From: an uncultured virus (IMG/VR IMGVR_UViG_3300028666_000003)
Taxonomy: Duplodnaviria > Heunggongvirae > Uroviricota > Caudoviricetes
Direction: 5' to 3' (one strand)
Virus record (IMG/VR): IMGVR_UViG_3300028666_000003
DNA: 64,000 bases
Below, piece after piece: positions 56,423 to 64,000 of the stretch. How positions within the stretch are numbered: the first letter of the stretch is position 1; each line of letters starts with the position of its first letter. A model generated the notes under the pieces. The model was not told the origin of the DNA. It saw only the letters and a list, made by a program, of their open reading frames with translations, and searched no databases. A program made the translations under genes and the position numbers.

Positions 56423-57046
56423 TTAGAACCCGTACTTAGCGAGGATCGCGGATTTCTTCGAAGTAGAAGCCCCTCGAATCTCCGAAAGGATTCCGGAAGC
56501 GATAGCCTTAACGACTAGCGCGTACCGTTCGGGCTCGAAGGAAACGCGCCCCTTCGAGTCTTCCCGGAGGATAAGGGACCGGGAAGCGTGGTACTTTCCG
56601 AACGGACTCCGGACGTCCGAAAAAGTTACGGAAATCGTCGTTTTCGTAGCCTTCCTTTTCGCCTCGTTCGAGCCCGCGAAATCGTCGAGGATCGATTCGA
56701 CGATTTCCTTTCGAGTAAAGACCCCGGAAGCGATAGCGCGAATAATCGCGCCCGTTACGGTCCCTTCCCCGAATCCGAGCGTATCCTTCGAACCGATAGT
56801 CCGACCGATAACCCGGTACGTTTCGGCCTCTTCCTTCGGGGCCTCTTCCGTCTTATCGGTTTCGGGCAGGGGATCGCTCTCCGGTTCCGGGTTCCCCGTT
56901 TCGAGAGAATCGGACGTTTCGAGGGTTCCCGTCGTTTCGTTCGCTTCCGGGTTCGATTCGAGAATTTCGAGGATCGAAGTATTCGGATTTTCGGAAGCGA
57001 GGACTTCGAGGATAGCGACGGGAGCGGTCTTATTAGATTTACGCAT
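56423..57046 (-). CDS. Acidic N-terminus + wHTH-like domain paralogous to the C-terminus of 48020..49375
   Basis: AAGGA RBS; downstream hairpin GGGGCCTC..GAGGCCCC; SDVRSPFGKYHASRSL versus SDIKHPFGKFNTSRNL. Confidence 0.8.
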   Translation of the reverse strand: MRKSNKTAPVAILEVLASENPNTSILEILESNPEANETTGTLETSDSLETGNPEPESDPLPETDKTEEAPKEEAETYRVIGRTIGSKDTLGFGEGTVTGAIIRAIASGVFTRKEIVESILDDFAGSNEAKRKATKTTISVTFSDVRSPFGKYHASRSLILREDSKGRVSFEPERYALVVKAIASGILSEIRGASTSKKSAILAKYGF

Positions 57047-58161
57047 TAGAGTATCCTTTAGCCCCTAGGGGCCTAGTCTAGCGTTTCCCGTTCGAGAGAT
57101 TCGGACGGGGCCTAGCTTATAGCGTTATCGGGACTGAGAAAGAAGTATCGGACGGGCCTTAACCCGGTTCCGTTCCTAGAGTCTATCCGAATCGGACGGG
57201 CCTAGGGGCGTTTATTTTTAGGGGAAAGATCCGGCCTAGTCCTATCGGGCCTAGCTAGAAGGAAGCGAGGATCGTACCGAATCGGACGGGCCTAGACGTA
57301 TTACTTTCGGGCAGGCCCGATTACCTATTAGAGTCTAGGGTTCTCCGGTATTAGGGGCCTATCCGGGAATCGGACGGAATACCGGGAATCGGGGCCTAAT
57401 CGGACGGGGAACGTAGCGTTTTACTACGCTCGAATCGGACGTTTAGGCGGAAAGCTTAGCTAGACTAGCGTTTAGACGAAAGAGGCGTTTTACTACGCTA
57501 CGTCGTATTTCGCTACGTAGTAAATTTTACCCTACTAGGCCCGTCCTATTCTTTACCTTTCGCCTAAGAAAGTCTAGGGTTTTAGGGTTTTAGGGCCTTT
57601 CTTACTATTCGGACGGGGAAGTATTTTACGATGGATTTATAGGAGGCCCGGTTTTAGGGGAAAGGTTGGTTTTAGGGGAATTTGGGAGAACTGTTTTAAA
57701 AGTGGTTAAAATGTGTGCATGATTGTTTGTGCACATGCATCAATTCCCCAAAATTCCCAAGAAAACAATCCACAAATTCCTCAAGAAACCAAAAGAACAT
57801 TTCTCTCAATTACCAATCCAATCTCTTCCAATTTTACCAATTCAATCAATCCAATATTTTCCATCGATATCAGATCCAAAAATACATCGATACAGATTAC
57901 AATTCCCCAAAAGAAACCAAAACTTCAGCAACAATTGATTCCAAGCCAGTTTCTTCCACTATTTCCCAATTCACCCGGCTAGAATCTTCCCGATAGCCTC
58001 AGAGCAAACATTCACCCAAATTTGCCCATAAGTTCACAGACAATTCCTCCATAACATTTCGTAGGGGGAGGCCATTCACTTTCAAAAAGCAGTTCCTCAG
58101 CATAAACAGGCAAAATCAGGCCCCGGTTTCCCAGGGCCAGAGTTTCTCAGGCTTACATGAA

Positions 58162-58743
58162 TCAGCCGTTCCACCATTTACAATATGGGTCACCGAACAG
58201 GGCTTCACGCTCATCAGCGGTTAACAGGTTCTTAACCTTCCACAAACCCCGATCCCTCGCATTAAGCCCAGCCGGCAGCAGCTTATCCGCAGTCTTATCA
58301 TAATCCAAACCTTTAGGGGGCTCAGGCTCAGGAACCCAGTCCACCGGCCCCAAGTCATAGCCTTCATCGGGGTCAAACTCAGGGTCCTCATACTCGCAGT
58401 TCCCACCCTCGAAGCAGAAAAGCACATCGACATAACCCTCAAAATTCGGATTTGGCAGGTTCTCATAGATCCCAGAGCCAAGGGCAAATCCGTAGATTTC
58501 CTCAGCAGCCATTCTCTCTTCGTCGGGGTCTTCCAACTCCGCAGGGGTCATCGGTCGGCCAATCGCGTCAGCGTATTCCCTCATCAGGAACTCAGCGTCA
58601 GAAACCAGGAAGAAAGCAGTATTCCAACCGGCCAATCGGGTCCCATCCAGCACATAGAACCAGATATAACCAACCCGGTCAATCGTTATCTTACACTTTC
58701 TCAGTTCGACAGGCTTTCCATCTCGCACGATTCCAGAGATCAT
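58162..58743 (-). CDS. Acidic early hypothetical protein (no Gln/His)
   Basis: Promoter-hairpin-GGAGG leader. Confidence 0.75.
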   Translation of the reverse strand: MISGIVRDGKPVELRKCKITIDRVGYIWFYVLDGTRLAGWNTAFFLVSDAEFLMREYADAIGRPMTPAELEDPDEERMAAEEIYGFALGSGIYENLPNPNFEGYVDVLFCFEGGNCEYEDPEFDPDEGYDLGPVDWVPEPEPPKGLDYDKTADKLLPAGLNARDRGLWKVKNLLTADEREALFGDPYCKWWNG

Positions 58744-58781
58744 TTCTCACAATCCTCCCAAAAGAGGGGCCTATTCCCCTA

Positions 58782-58820
58782 TAACTAAGGATACTCCCCA
58801 GAGAATCCAGGGAGTATCCA
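58782..58820 (-). promoter_or_regulatory. Putative early promoter motif TCTGGGGAGTATCCTTAGTTA
   Basis: Repeated four times upstream of genes; here inside a GGATACTCCC/GGGAGTATCC inverted repeat. Confidence 0.7.
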
Positions 58821-58846
58821 ATCTTCGCCAAAGCGAAACCAAGTAG

Positions 58847-59149
58847 TTAAAACCCAAGTTCCCAGTTTTGCAGAGATTCCAAATACTCAGGGCTCTCATA
58901 CTTCTTCAAGCGCCAAGCCAAATACTTCCAATCCTCCACATTATTAGCGCAGGCAAGGAGTCCAGCACCAACTTCCGCAGTAAACATCGCAGCCATTTCG
59001 GCAACAAGAACAGGACAGTCAGCCGGGACGTTATCGCCAAAGAGAACATCCAACTCAAACTTTCCGGTATCCTCTCCCTTCTCAGAGGTTTCAATAAACA
59101 GGCTATCCATTTTCTCGCAGTAGGCAATAGCCAAGGCCAAATCGGTCAT
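58847..59149 (-). CDS. Acidic early hypothetical protein
   Basis: GGAGGTG RBS, ATGA coupling. Confidence 0.7.
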   Translation of the reverse strand: MTDLALAIAYCEKMDSLFIETSEKGEDTGKFELDVLFGDNVPADCPVLVAEMAAMFTAEVGAGLLACANNVEDWKYLAWRLKKYESPEYLESLQNWELGF

Positions 59150-59559
59150 TTCGTCACCTCCCCAAGATTCCGTTTAGCCACACGCTCAGCGGCCTCATCG
59201 TTCACATACTTCGCATAGGCTTCATTCATCCCATAAAGCACGCTCTCAGTCGCAGGATTCGCAACGATAAACAAGGCCCGAGCGTCCCAATACGCCTCAG
59301 CCATCTCATCTTTCAACGAGGCAGTAAACAGCCCGCAACGCTTACCACTCTCAGGCTTAACCCTAAGCATAGGCCCAAAGGTTCCCCCAGAGTAGTCATC
59401 ATACAGCGCCCTCATTCCCCGGTCAAACTTTACAAAGTTAAGAACCCGAGAGGCCACGGAGTCACGGCGCTCAGACCTATCAAGGAGTATTCCCGTCATC
59501 CCCTCATAGTTCGCCATCTCTTTAGCCTTCGCAACGAGCAATTCCCGCATCTCAGCCAT
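59146..59559 (-). CDS. Early hypothetical protein (no Gln/His)
   Basis: Promoter-hairpin-GAGGAG leader. Confidence 0.75.
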   Translation of the reverse strand: MAEMRELLVAKAKEMANYEGMTGILLDRSERRDSVASRVLNFVKFDRGMRALYDDYSGGTFGPMLRVKPESGKRCGLFTASLKDEMAEAYWDARALFIVANPATESVLYGMNEAYAKYVNDEAAERVAKRNLGEVTK

Positions 59560-59595
59560 TTCACAATCTCCTCAAAAGAAGGGGCCTTTTCCCCT

Positions 59596-59625
59596 TAATA
59601 AAGGATACTCCCCAGAAAACTCAAA
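59596..59625 (-). promoter_or_regulatory. Putative early promoter motif (leftward)
   Basis: TTGAGTTTTCTGGGGAGTATCCTTTATTA. Confidence 0.7.
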
Positions 59626-59721
59626 CGGAAGGGCTTCGAGCCTACCTTGTGGAATTGATTCCGATCCTCTATTAAGTATCGTCTAAGCCTAGTCGCCGTT
59701 GGTTTTCTTTTGGGCTTTCTA

Positions 59722-59752
59722 TTGGGATCTCTGGGGAGTATCCTTATCGTAT
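59722..59752 (+). promoter_or_regulatory. Putative early promoter motif (rightward)
   Basis: TTGGGATCTCTGGGGAGTATCCTTATCGTA. Confidence 0.7.
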
Positions 59753-59786
59753 AGGGAATTAGCCCTATACTTGGGAGGATTGTAAG

Positions 59787-60047
59787 ATGAAATTCTTGGC
59801 GTTTTGGTCTAAAAAATATGGAATCTTTGGAACGTCTGACGTAAATGCGGAAGGATACCGGCTGTCCTTCTACTATAAAGCCTACCGGGTGACTGTTTCT
59901 CCTGCGAGGATTGCGCGTTGGAAAGCTAGCTTCGACCGTAACTGTTCGCTTGCGAATAACTACGGCTGTGGCCCTGATTACTATCCCGGTTGCGAGGATG
60001 AGAATAACGGGCTGGATCTTGGTTATGGTGACGTTTGCCCTAACTGA
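59787..60047 (+). CDS. Early hypothetical protein (no Gln/His)
   Basis: Promoter-hairpin-GGAGG leader; no CA in the coding strand. Confidence 0.7.
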   Translation: MKFLAFWSKKYGIFGTSDVNAEGYRLSFYYKAYRVTVSPARIARWKASFDRNCSLANNYGCGPDYYPGCEDENNGLDLGYGDVCPN

Positions 60048-60679
60048 TCCCTGAACTTTTGGATGAGCCCTGAATGAATGTTTTCGTGGTGTGCCTGCGT
60101 GTTGGAACCAAACACCCATGTTGCCGATGGCTGTGTTTATGGATAATTGGGTTCTGCGTGTTCTAAGGTTGACCCTGGGGGACTGAGACCACCGCATATG
60201 CGGCATAAGCCGTTAACACATGCACATGAATTTGATCATGCAAGTAACATTCAGCTAGATTCCCTCAAACATCCTCGCCTGACTCGTTAGGCTCGGAGGA
60301 TCGATTGACCCGGATTAGCGTGGAAGTCTTCAAGCAAAATCCCTATGATTTCACCGACGTTTCGGTCAAATTATCGGGATGCTAAATGCTTCTTGAATTT
60401 CCTGAATACACCCGGCTAAATCCTCTCGGTGGAGCCGAATCGAGGGAAAGCTAGGGTTATTTGGGCATGCACAATCGGTTCTCAGAGCGTGTTTGGGAAC
60501 TTTCGGAATACGACGATGCACGGACGTTTCCTGGTAAATTCTAGGTGTATTGGTTACAAACATCGGGGATGGGAGGGGGTTCACTTTTGAAAACAGATTC
60601 CTCAATAAATTCAGGCATAATTCAGGCCCCAAATCGTGGGGCCTGTTTCTCTATACTGTCAAAGACCTGTGCGTCTGGT

Positions 60680-60955
60680 TCAGCCTGGGATGGCGACCGG
60701 CTCAGGGGGAGGAGTGGGCGCCACGGACCAGGTCATGGTCGGATCGGTGAGAATGGCCATGGGCGTGAAGACCGGATTGCCATTGGGATCGAGGCTCACC
60801 ATGCTGGCCGTCAGGTCGTTGTCCAGGAACACGCAGGGCTGGAAGGTGCCGTCAGCATCCAGCGCCTGGGTCTGGGCGAGAGCATCGGCCACCAGGGCAG
60901 CTTCCTGGACACGATCCTGCTGGATCTTTTTGAGAAGAGGGAAAAGATTGGCCAT
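60680..60955 (-). CDS. Hypothetical protein
   Basis: AGGAGG RBS before MANLFP; biased codons. Confidence 0.6.
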   Translation of the reverse strand: MANLFPLLKKIQQDRVQEAALVADALAQTQALDADGTFQPCVFLDNDLTASMVSLDPNGNPVFTPMAILTDPTMTWSVAPTPPPEPVAIPG

Positions 60956-61004
60956 AGGGGCCTCCTGTGTTGGGAAAGGCTGCCAATTGATGGGTGGCAG
61001 TTGG

Positions 61005-61169
61005 TTATTTAATGAAACGGCTTTTGAGCTGAGCAACCTCAGTCTTTGCCATAGCCAAATCATTCTGTGCTTGTGCGGTCTCACTCTGAAACCTCTTGTA
61101 GTTGTTGCGCATCACCAGCATTCCAGCCGGGAAGGCAATGACAACTCCGATGATGAACCCCAGCAGCAT
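61005..61169 (-). CDS. Small membrane protein
   Basis: AAGGAGG RBS; MLLGFIIGVVIAF. Confidence 0.6.
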   Translation of the reverse strand: MLLGFIIGVVIAFPAGMLVMRNNYKRFQSETAQAQNDLAMAKTEVAQLKSRFIK

Positions 61170-61377
61170 AAAGCCTCCTTGGATAGTGGAAAGATCCACT
61201 TTGCTATATAGAACGAACCAGAAGCGAGAAAAGTTTTTATTTGATCTCCTTGGTTTGTTCTTGATAATACACAGCCTGGTCATTCCAGGTCCATCCGTGA
61301 GGTTTCTCCCAACGCTTGACCTCCCGGCCTTCAGCCAGCCATTCCTTGTAAGTCTTGAGGGATGTCTTGGCCATGGC

Positions 61378-61629
61378 TCACTTCTCCGTGTAGCGTTTGA
61401 CCAGGTTGAGTCCCAAATCATTCTCAAGGTAGTCCTCAAACTGCTTGAGCACACTGGCCTTCGTGCCCTTGAAGCCGCAGTGGTCCTTGATAAGCTTGAA
61501 CACGTTGCCCCTGCTAGCCTTCATCCCAGGGCACTTCACCTCGATTGCCAGGGCTCCTCTCCAGACCAGCAACTGAAAGGTTGCGATCCCTGCGGGAGTG
61601 TCGATCACGATGGTTTTGTTGTCAGTCAT
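61378..61629 (-). CDS. Hypothetical protein
   Basis: AGGAG RBS. Confidence 0.65.
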   Translation of the reverse strand: MTDNKTIVIDTPAGIATFQLLVWRGALAIEVKCPGMKASRGNVFKLIKDHCGFKGTKASVLKQFEDYLENDLGLNLVKRYTEK

Positions 61630-61637
61630 GTTAGCTC

Positions 61638-61853
61638 CTATCTCTGACAGTCGTTGGCGATGAAGACCTGTCCCTTCTTGTTAGAATCGGGATCGTCAAA
61701 GGCATACAGCACCCCATCTTCCTCAAATCCCGTGGTCTTTGAGACCATGGTGACCACTTGGCCACTCACCATGGTCACACGGTTGATGTAGGTGCCCTTG
61801 AACTTATCGAAGTCAATGATGAGGGTGGGTGCTTTGCTCACAGTTTCTCCCAT
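61638..61853 (-). CDS. Hypothetical protein
   Basis: Coupled ORF. Confidence 0.55.
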   Translation of the reverse strand: MGETVSKAPTLIIDFDKFKGTYINRVTMVSGQVVTMVSKTTGFEEDGVLYAFDDPDSNKKGQVFIANDCQR

Positions 61854-62140
61854 TTGTCAGTGTAGACCAACATATCATTGGGTTTGCTCAGGCTCGTGGC
61901 GATGATGTCAGAGCCCTCATACATGCTCATGATGGACTGAATACTGCCCTCAGGGAGTTCGAGTGGATTGTCCCCTTGTCTGAGTTCCCAGAGTTCTTCC
62001 AGGAGACCACAGAGCTTCTTGCCCTGTTCCAGTGTTCCTGATCCCAGACAGACTCTATGGCCACTGCCTGACACAAAGAGGTCAATCTTATAACGCTTGG
62101 GGATTTGCTGAAAATCAGGTCCTGTTGATGAAAGGGTCAT
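61838..62140 (-). CDS. Hypothetical protein
   Basis: ATGA coupling. Confidence 0.55.
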   Translation of the reverse strand: MTLSSTGPDFQQIPKRYKIDLFVSGSGHRVCLGSGTLEQGKKLCGLLEELWELRQGDNPLELPEGSIQSIMSMYEGSDIIATSLSKPNDMLVYTDKWEKL

Positions 62141-63033
62141 TTCTCACCAATCCTGTCTGCAAGACTGATGGTTTCACCAACCTTGCGGCCGGCGTTGAAT
62201 GCTGCGTGGTCCCGGTTGTCCAGGATCTTCTGCTGTTCACGCTGATACTGCCTGTGCCACTTCTCGCTCTGCTTCCTGTCACGTTCCTTCTCTGCCGCAG
62301 TGGGCTCCTTCACCGGGGTTGCCACATCGTGTTTATGAGCTTCCCTGTATTTCCTGGATTCTTCCTGAGACTTGGCCCACGCACCCTCACCGTATTGGGA
62401 GTCATAGTTGGCTTCGTATTCCTTCTGCGCCATGTTCTGGGTCCTGACGCCATAGGTCTGCTGGTGACCCTCTTCCGTCTTGGCGTTGTGGCGCTGTTCC
62501 CAGGACTTGTGCTGGATGCGCTCAATCAGCCGCTCCACGCAACCCTGGCGCCAGCTTACTGCTGCCTTGGATAACCGCTCCGTGTTGGGATATGGAATGA
62601 TCTCTTCCAGTGTCTCAACCAGGTATTCATACAGGATCGTGACGGCCACCGCATTGACTTCGCTGCCCAGGATGACGTGCCGCTTGACATACCTGAAGGC
62701 TTCACCCTGCCTGGTATTGTAGGATTCCTTGACTTCCTGCACCCAGTGCCAGCAGTAATTGCATTCTGCGATCACACGGCAGAGATCCTTCTGCCAGCCG
62801 TACATCGCTGACTTGTTGATCTTGGACTTCTCCCGCTTCTCCTTGGCAACCACGGTGCCACCGGCCACCGCAGTCTCCTGGATCACTGCCATGTCGAGAT
62901 TATATTTGGCCAACAAATCCATGGCCATATCCATTGCGTTGGAAGCCTCACCCTCCGTGGCTCCACGACCTTTGCCCAACGCCAGGAGTTTCTGGATCCT
63001 GCGGATAATGGAATCGTTCACCTTCTCAGCCAT
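62137..63033 (-). CDS. DUF2786-domain protein
   Basis: IIRRIQKLLAL..ATEGEA..A..A..LLAKYNL; AAGGAG RBS. Confidence 0.8.
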   Translation of the reverse strand: MAEKVNDSIIRRIQKLLALGKGRGATEGEASNAMDMAMDLLAKYNLDMAVIQETAVAGGTVVAKEKREKSKINKSAMYGWQKDLCRVIAECNYCWHWVQEVKESYNTRQGEAFRYVKRHVILGSEVNAVAVTILYEYLVETLEEIIPYPNTERLSKAAVSWRQGCVERLIERIQHKSWEQRHNAKTEEGHQQTYGVRTQNMAQKEYEANYDSQYGEGAWAKSQEESRKYREAHKHDVATPVKEPTAAEKERDRKQSEKWHRQYQREQQKILDNRDHAAFNAGRKVGETISLADRIGEK

Positions 63034-63184
63034 GATGCTTCTCCTTGTATTTGGCCCACTCTTGAGCCGTGATGTATTCTTTACCCTTACAGCAGGGGCA
63101 TTGCCTGGCCCATGTGGGAAGCAGAACCAGTGGAACCCATCCAGTTCCTGAACAGACATAGCAGGGAACCTTCACTGGTTGCAT
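63026..63184 (-). CDS. 52-aa DnaJ-type Zn-finger peptide
   Basis: MQPVKVPCYVCSGTG..CPCCKGK; GGAGG RBS. Confidence 0.6.
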   Translation of the reverse strand: MQPVKVPCYVCSGTGWVPLVLLPTWARQCPCCKGKEYITAQEWAKYKEKHHG

Positions 63185-63195
63185 ATCTTCCTCCG

Positions 63196-63226
63196 ATAAC
63201 TAATGATACGCCCCAGAGAGTCCAAA
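63196..63226 (-). promoter_or_regulatory. Putative early promoter motif variant
   Basis: TTGGACTCTCTGGGGCGTATCATTAGTTA. Confidence 0.6.
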
Positions 63227-63262
63227 CGCTAGGTTTGGTTTTCTCTGGAGCGAATCTGGGAA

Positions 63263-64000
63263 TCAGAGCCCTGCCACGTTGACGATGATGAGCTCAGACT
63301 TCGCACGGGTGGCTGCGACATACATCAGGTTGTATTCCTGGTGAAGCTGCCAATCCTTCTTGGCCCACTTGGAGGGGGAGAGTTGATTGGCACCCCACCA
63401 GAACACCCGGTTCCACTCCCGGCCCTTGCTTTTGTGAATCGTGCTCAAGGTGAGAGTCTTGACCCTGTTGTCCTGGTCGTCACCGAACAGCTTGGTGATG
63501 AAGTCAACCAGGTCAGACAGCTGCTTCTTGCCTTCTGCCGTGAGCCTCTCAATCAGGATCAGGAGGGTGCCCACCTTGTCCTCCACGGCATCGGCCTTCT
63601 CAGGCATCTCCTTGGCCAACCACTTCTGGACTTCCCTGTCCTTGTAGTCGTTGAGTTTAGTGACGAGGGCTGAGAGCGTGGTGATCTTCCAGCGGGAAGC
63701 GAGTGCGATGAGTCCCTGACCGATTTCCTTTCCCTCAACGTGACAGGCGATGCCCTTGCGAAGCAGGGTGTAGGCCAGGGAGATGAGGGGTTTGGTGTTG
63801 CGGCAGAGGATGGCGTCCTCCCCGTTGAGAGCCGTTTCACGATACCAGAACTCAGCCTCAAAGGCGTGAATCACTGCACCTTGAGGAGCAGACTCGTGAG
63901 CCGTGATATCGGGCACCCACTGCTGCGCATGAGCCACCACTGTCTTGGGGCATCTGTAGGTGACGTTCAGTGGCAGCGTGTCTGACTTGAAGTGCTCTGC
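63263..64000 (-). CDS. UvrD/Rep-family SF1 helicase, C-terminal part (runs off window)
   Basis: L.VTYRCP, ILCRNT, LSTIHKSKGREW, NLMYVAATRAK. Confidence 0.9.
   Translation of the reverse strand, partial: AEHFKSDTLPLNVTYRCPKTVVAHAQQWVPDITAHESAPQGAVIHAFEAEFWYRETALNGEDAILCRNTKPLISLAYTLLRKGIACHVEGKEIGQGLIALASRWKITTLSALVTKLNDYKDREVQKWLAKEMPEKADAVEDKVGTLLILIERLTAEGKKQLSDLVDFITKLFGDDQDNRVKTLTLSTIHKSKGREWNRVFWWGANQLSPSKWAKKDWQLHQEYNLMYVAATRAKSELIIVNVAGL

Larger units (their letters stand above)
55301..57617. repeat. Dispersed (A/T)(A/T)CGGACGGG motif, about 15 copies, both orientations
   Basis: Copies near 55301, 55419(-), 55611, 55647(-), 55729, 55893, 56161(-), 57102, 57149, 57193, 57283, 57371, 57401, 57610; AGGACGGG variants. 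Confidence 0.85.
55233..57630. other. TG/CA-free island (both strands), hairpin- and repeat-rich
   Basis: Manual count: 4 TG and 10 CA in ~2.4 kb. Confidence 0.95.

Noticed and set aside
57049..57060. GAGTATCCTTTA partial match to the early promoter motif
   Set aside because: It lacks the CTGGGG block and is explained as the reverse complement of the RBS of 56423..57046.
57100..57620. CRISPR array from the CGGACGGG repeats
   Set aside because: Repeats are short, irregularly spaced and partly inverted; no cas genes in the window.
55233..57630. Island as contamination, chimera or foreign insertion
   Set aside because: It encodes a paralogue of a domain in a core phage gene, and the bias continues strand-specifically into neighbouring genes that share a promoter motif with 63196. 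Long reads are still needed to exclude misassembly formally.
57576..57680. TTTTAGGG as a eukaryotic telomere repeat
   Set aside because: Only about four scattered or degenerate units within phage DNA; TAGGG is common throughout the TG-free island.
57713..57996. Three overlapping plus-strand ORFs
   Set aside because: They arise from the G-poor composition, which makes TGA and TAG stops rare; the translations are low-complexity and lack an RBS.
55233..60108. Loss of CpG methylation-deamination as the cause of low TG/CA
   Set aside because: That would only return TG/CA to about expected levels and symmetrically on both strands. It cannot give near-zero counts or a flip with gene direction.
1..64000. 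tRNA/rRNA genes, integrase, host assignment
   Set aside because: None recognisable by eye; the host cannot be determined from this window.

Overview
This 64 kb window is part of a large contractile-tailed (myovirus-type) phage genome with most genes on the minus strand. 1-7.4 kb: a DNA polymerase with an N-terminal UDG-like domain and a thymidine-hypermodification cassette (dUMP-type hydroxymethylase, HD nucleotidase, aGPT-Pplase1/5hmdU-kinase helical domain, P-loop kinase, and an Ntn glutamine amidotransferase fused to an amino acid:DNA transferase). 7.4-14.7 kb: sigma factor, primase and helicases. 14.8-16.8 kb: lysis. 16.8-47 kb: tail, baseplate, head, portal and terminase. 47-51 kb: two more sigma-like genes, an HU-like gene and a resolvase. 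51-64 kb: small accessory and early genes. The strongest unexplained signal is at 55.2-60.1 kb. For about 2.4 kb the TG/CA dinucleotide is almost absent from both strands. For the next ~2.4 kb TG is purged only from the template strand, and the purge flips at a divergent promoter pair. This suggests a deliberately modification-free zone linked to the T-hypermodification system. Also seen: a prfB-like +1 frameshift cassette that could fuse portal to a gpF-like domain, a -1 tail-chaperone frameshift, a candidate ~300-nt structured ncRNA with its own promoter and terminator, two promoter classes, and a dispersed CGGACGGG repeat. Family assignments come from motif recognition by eye, and all counts are manual.
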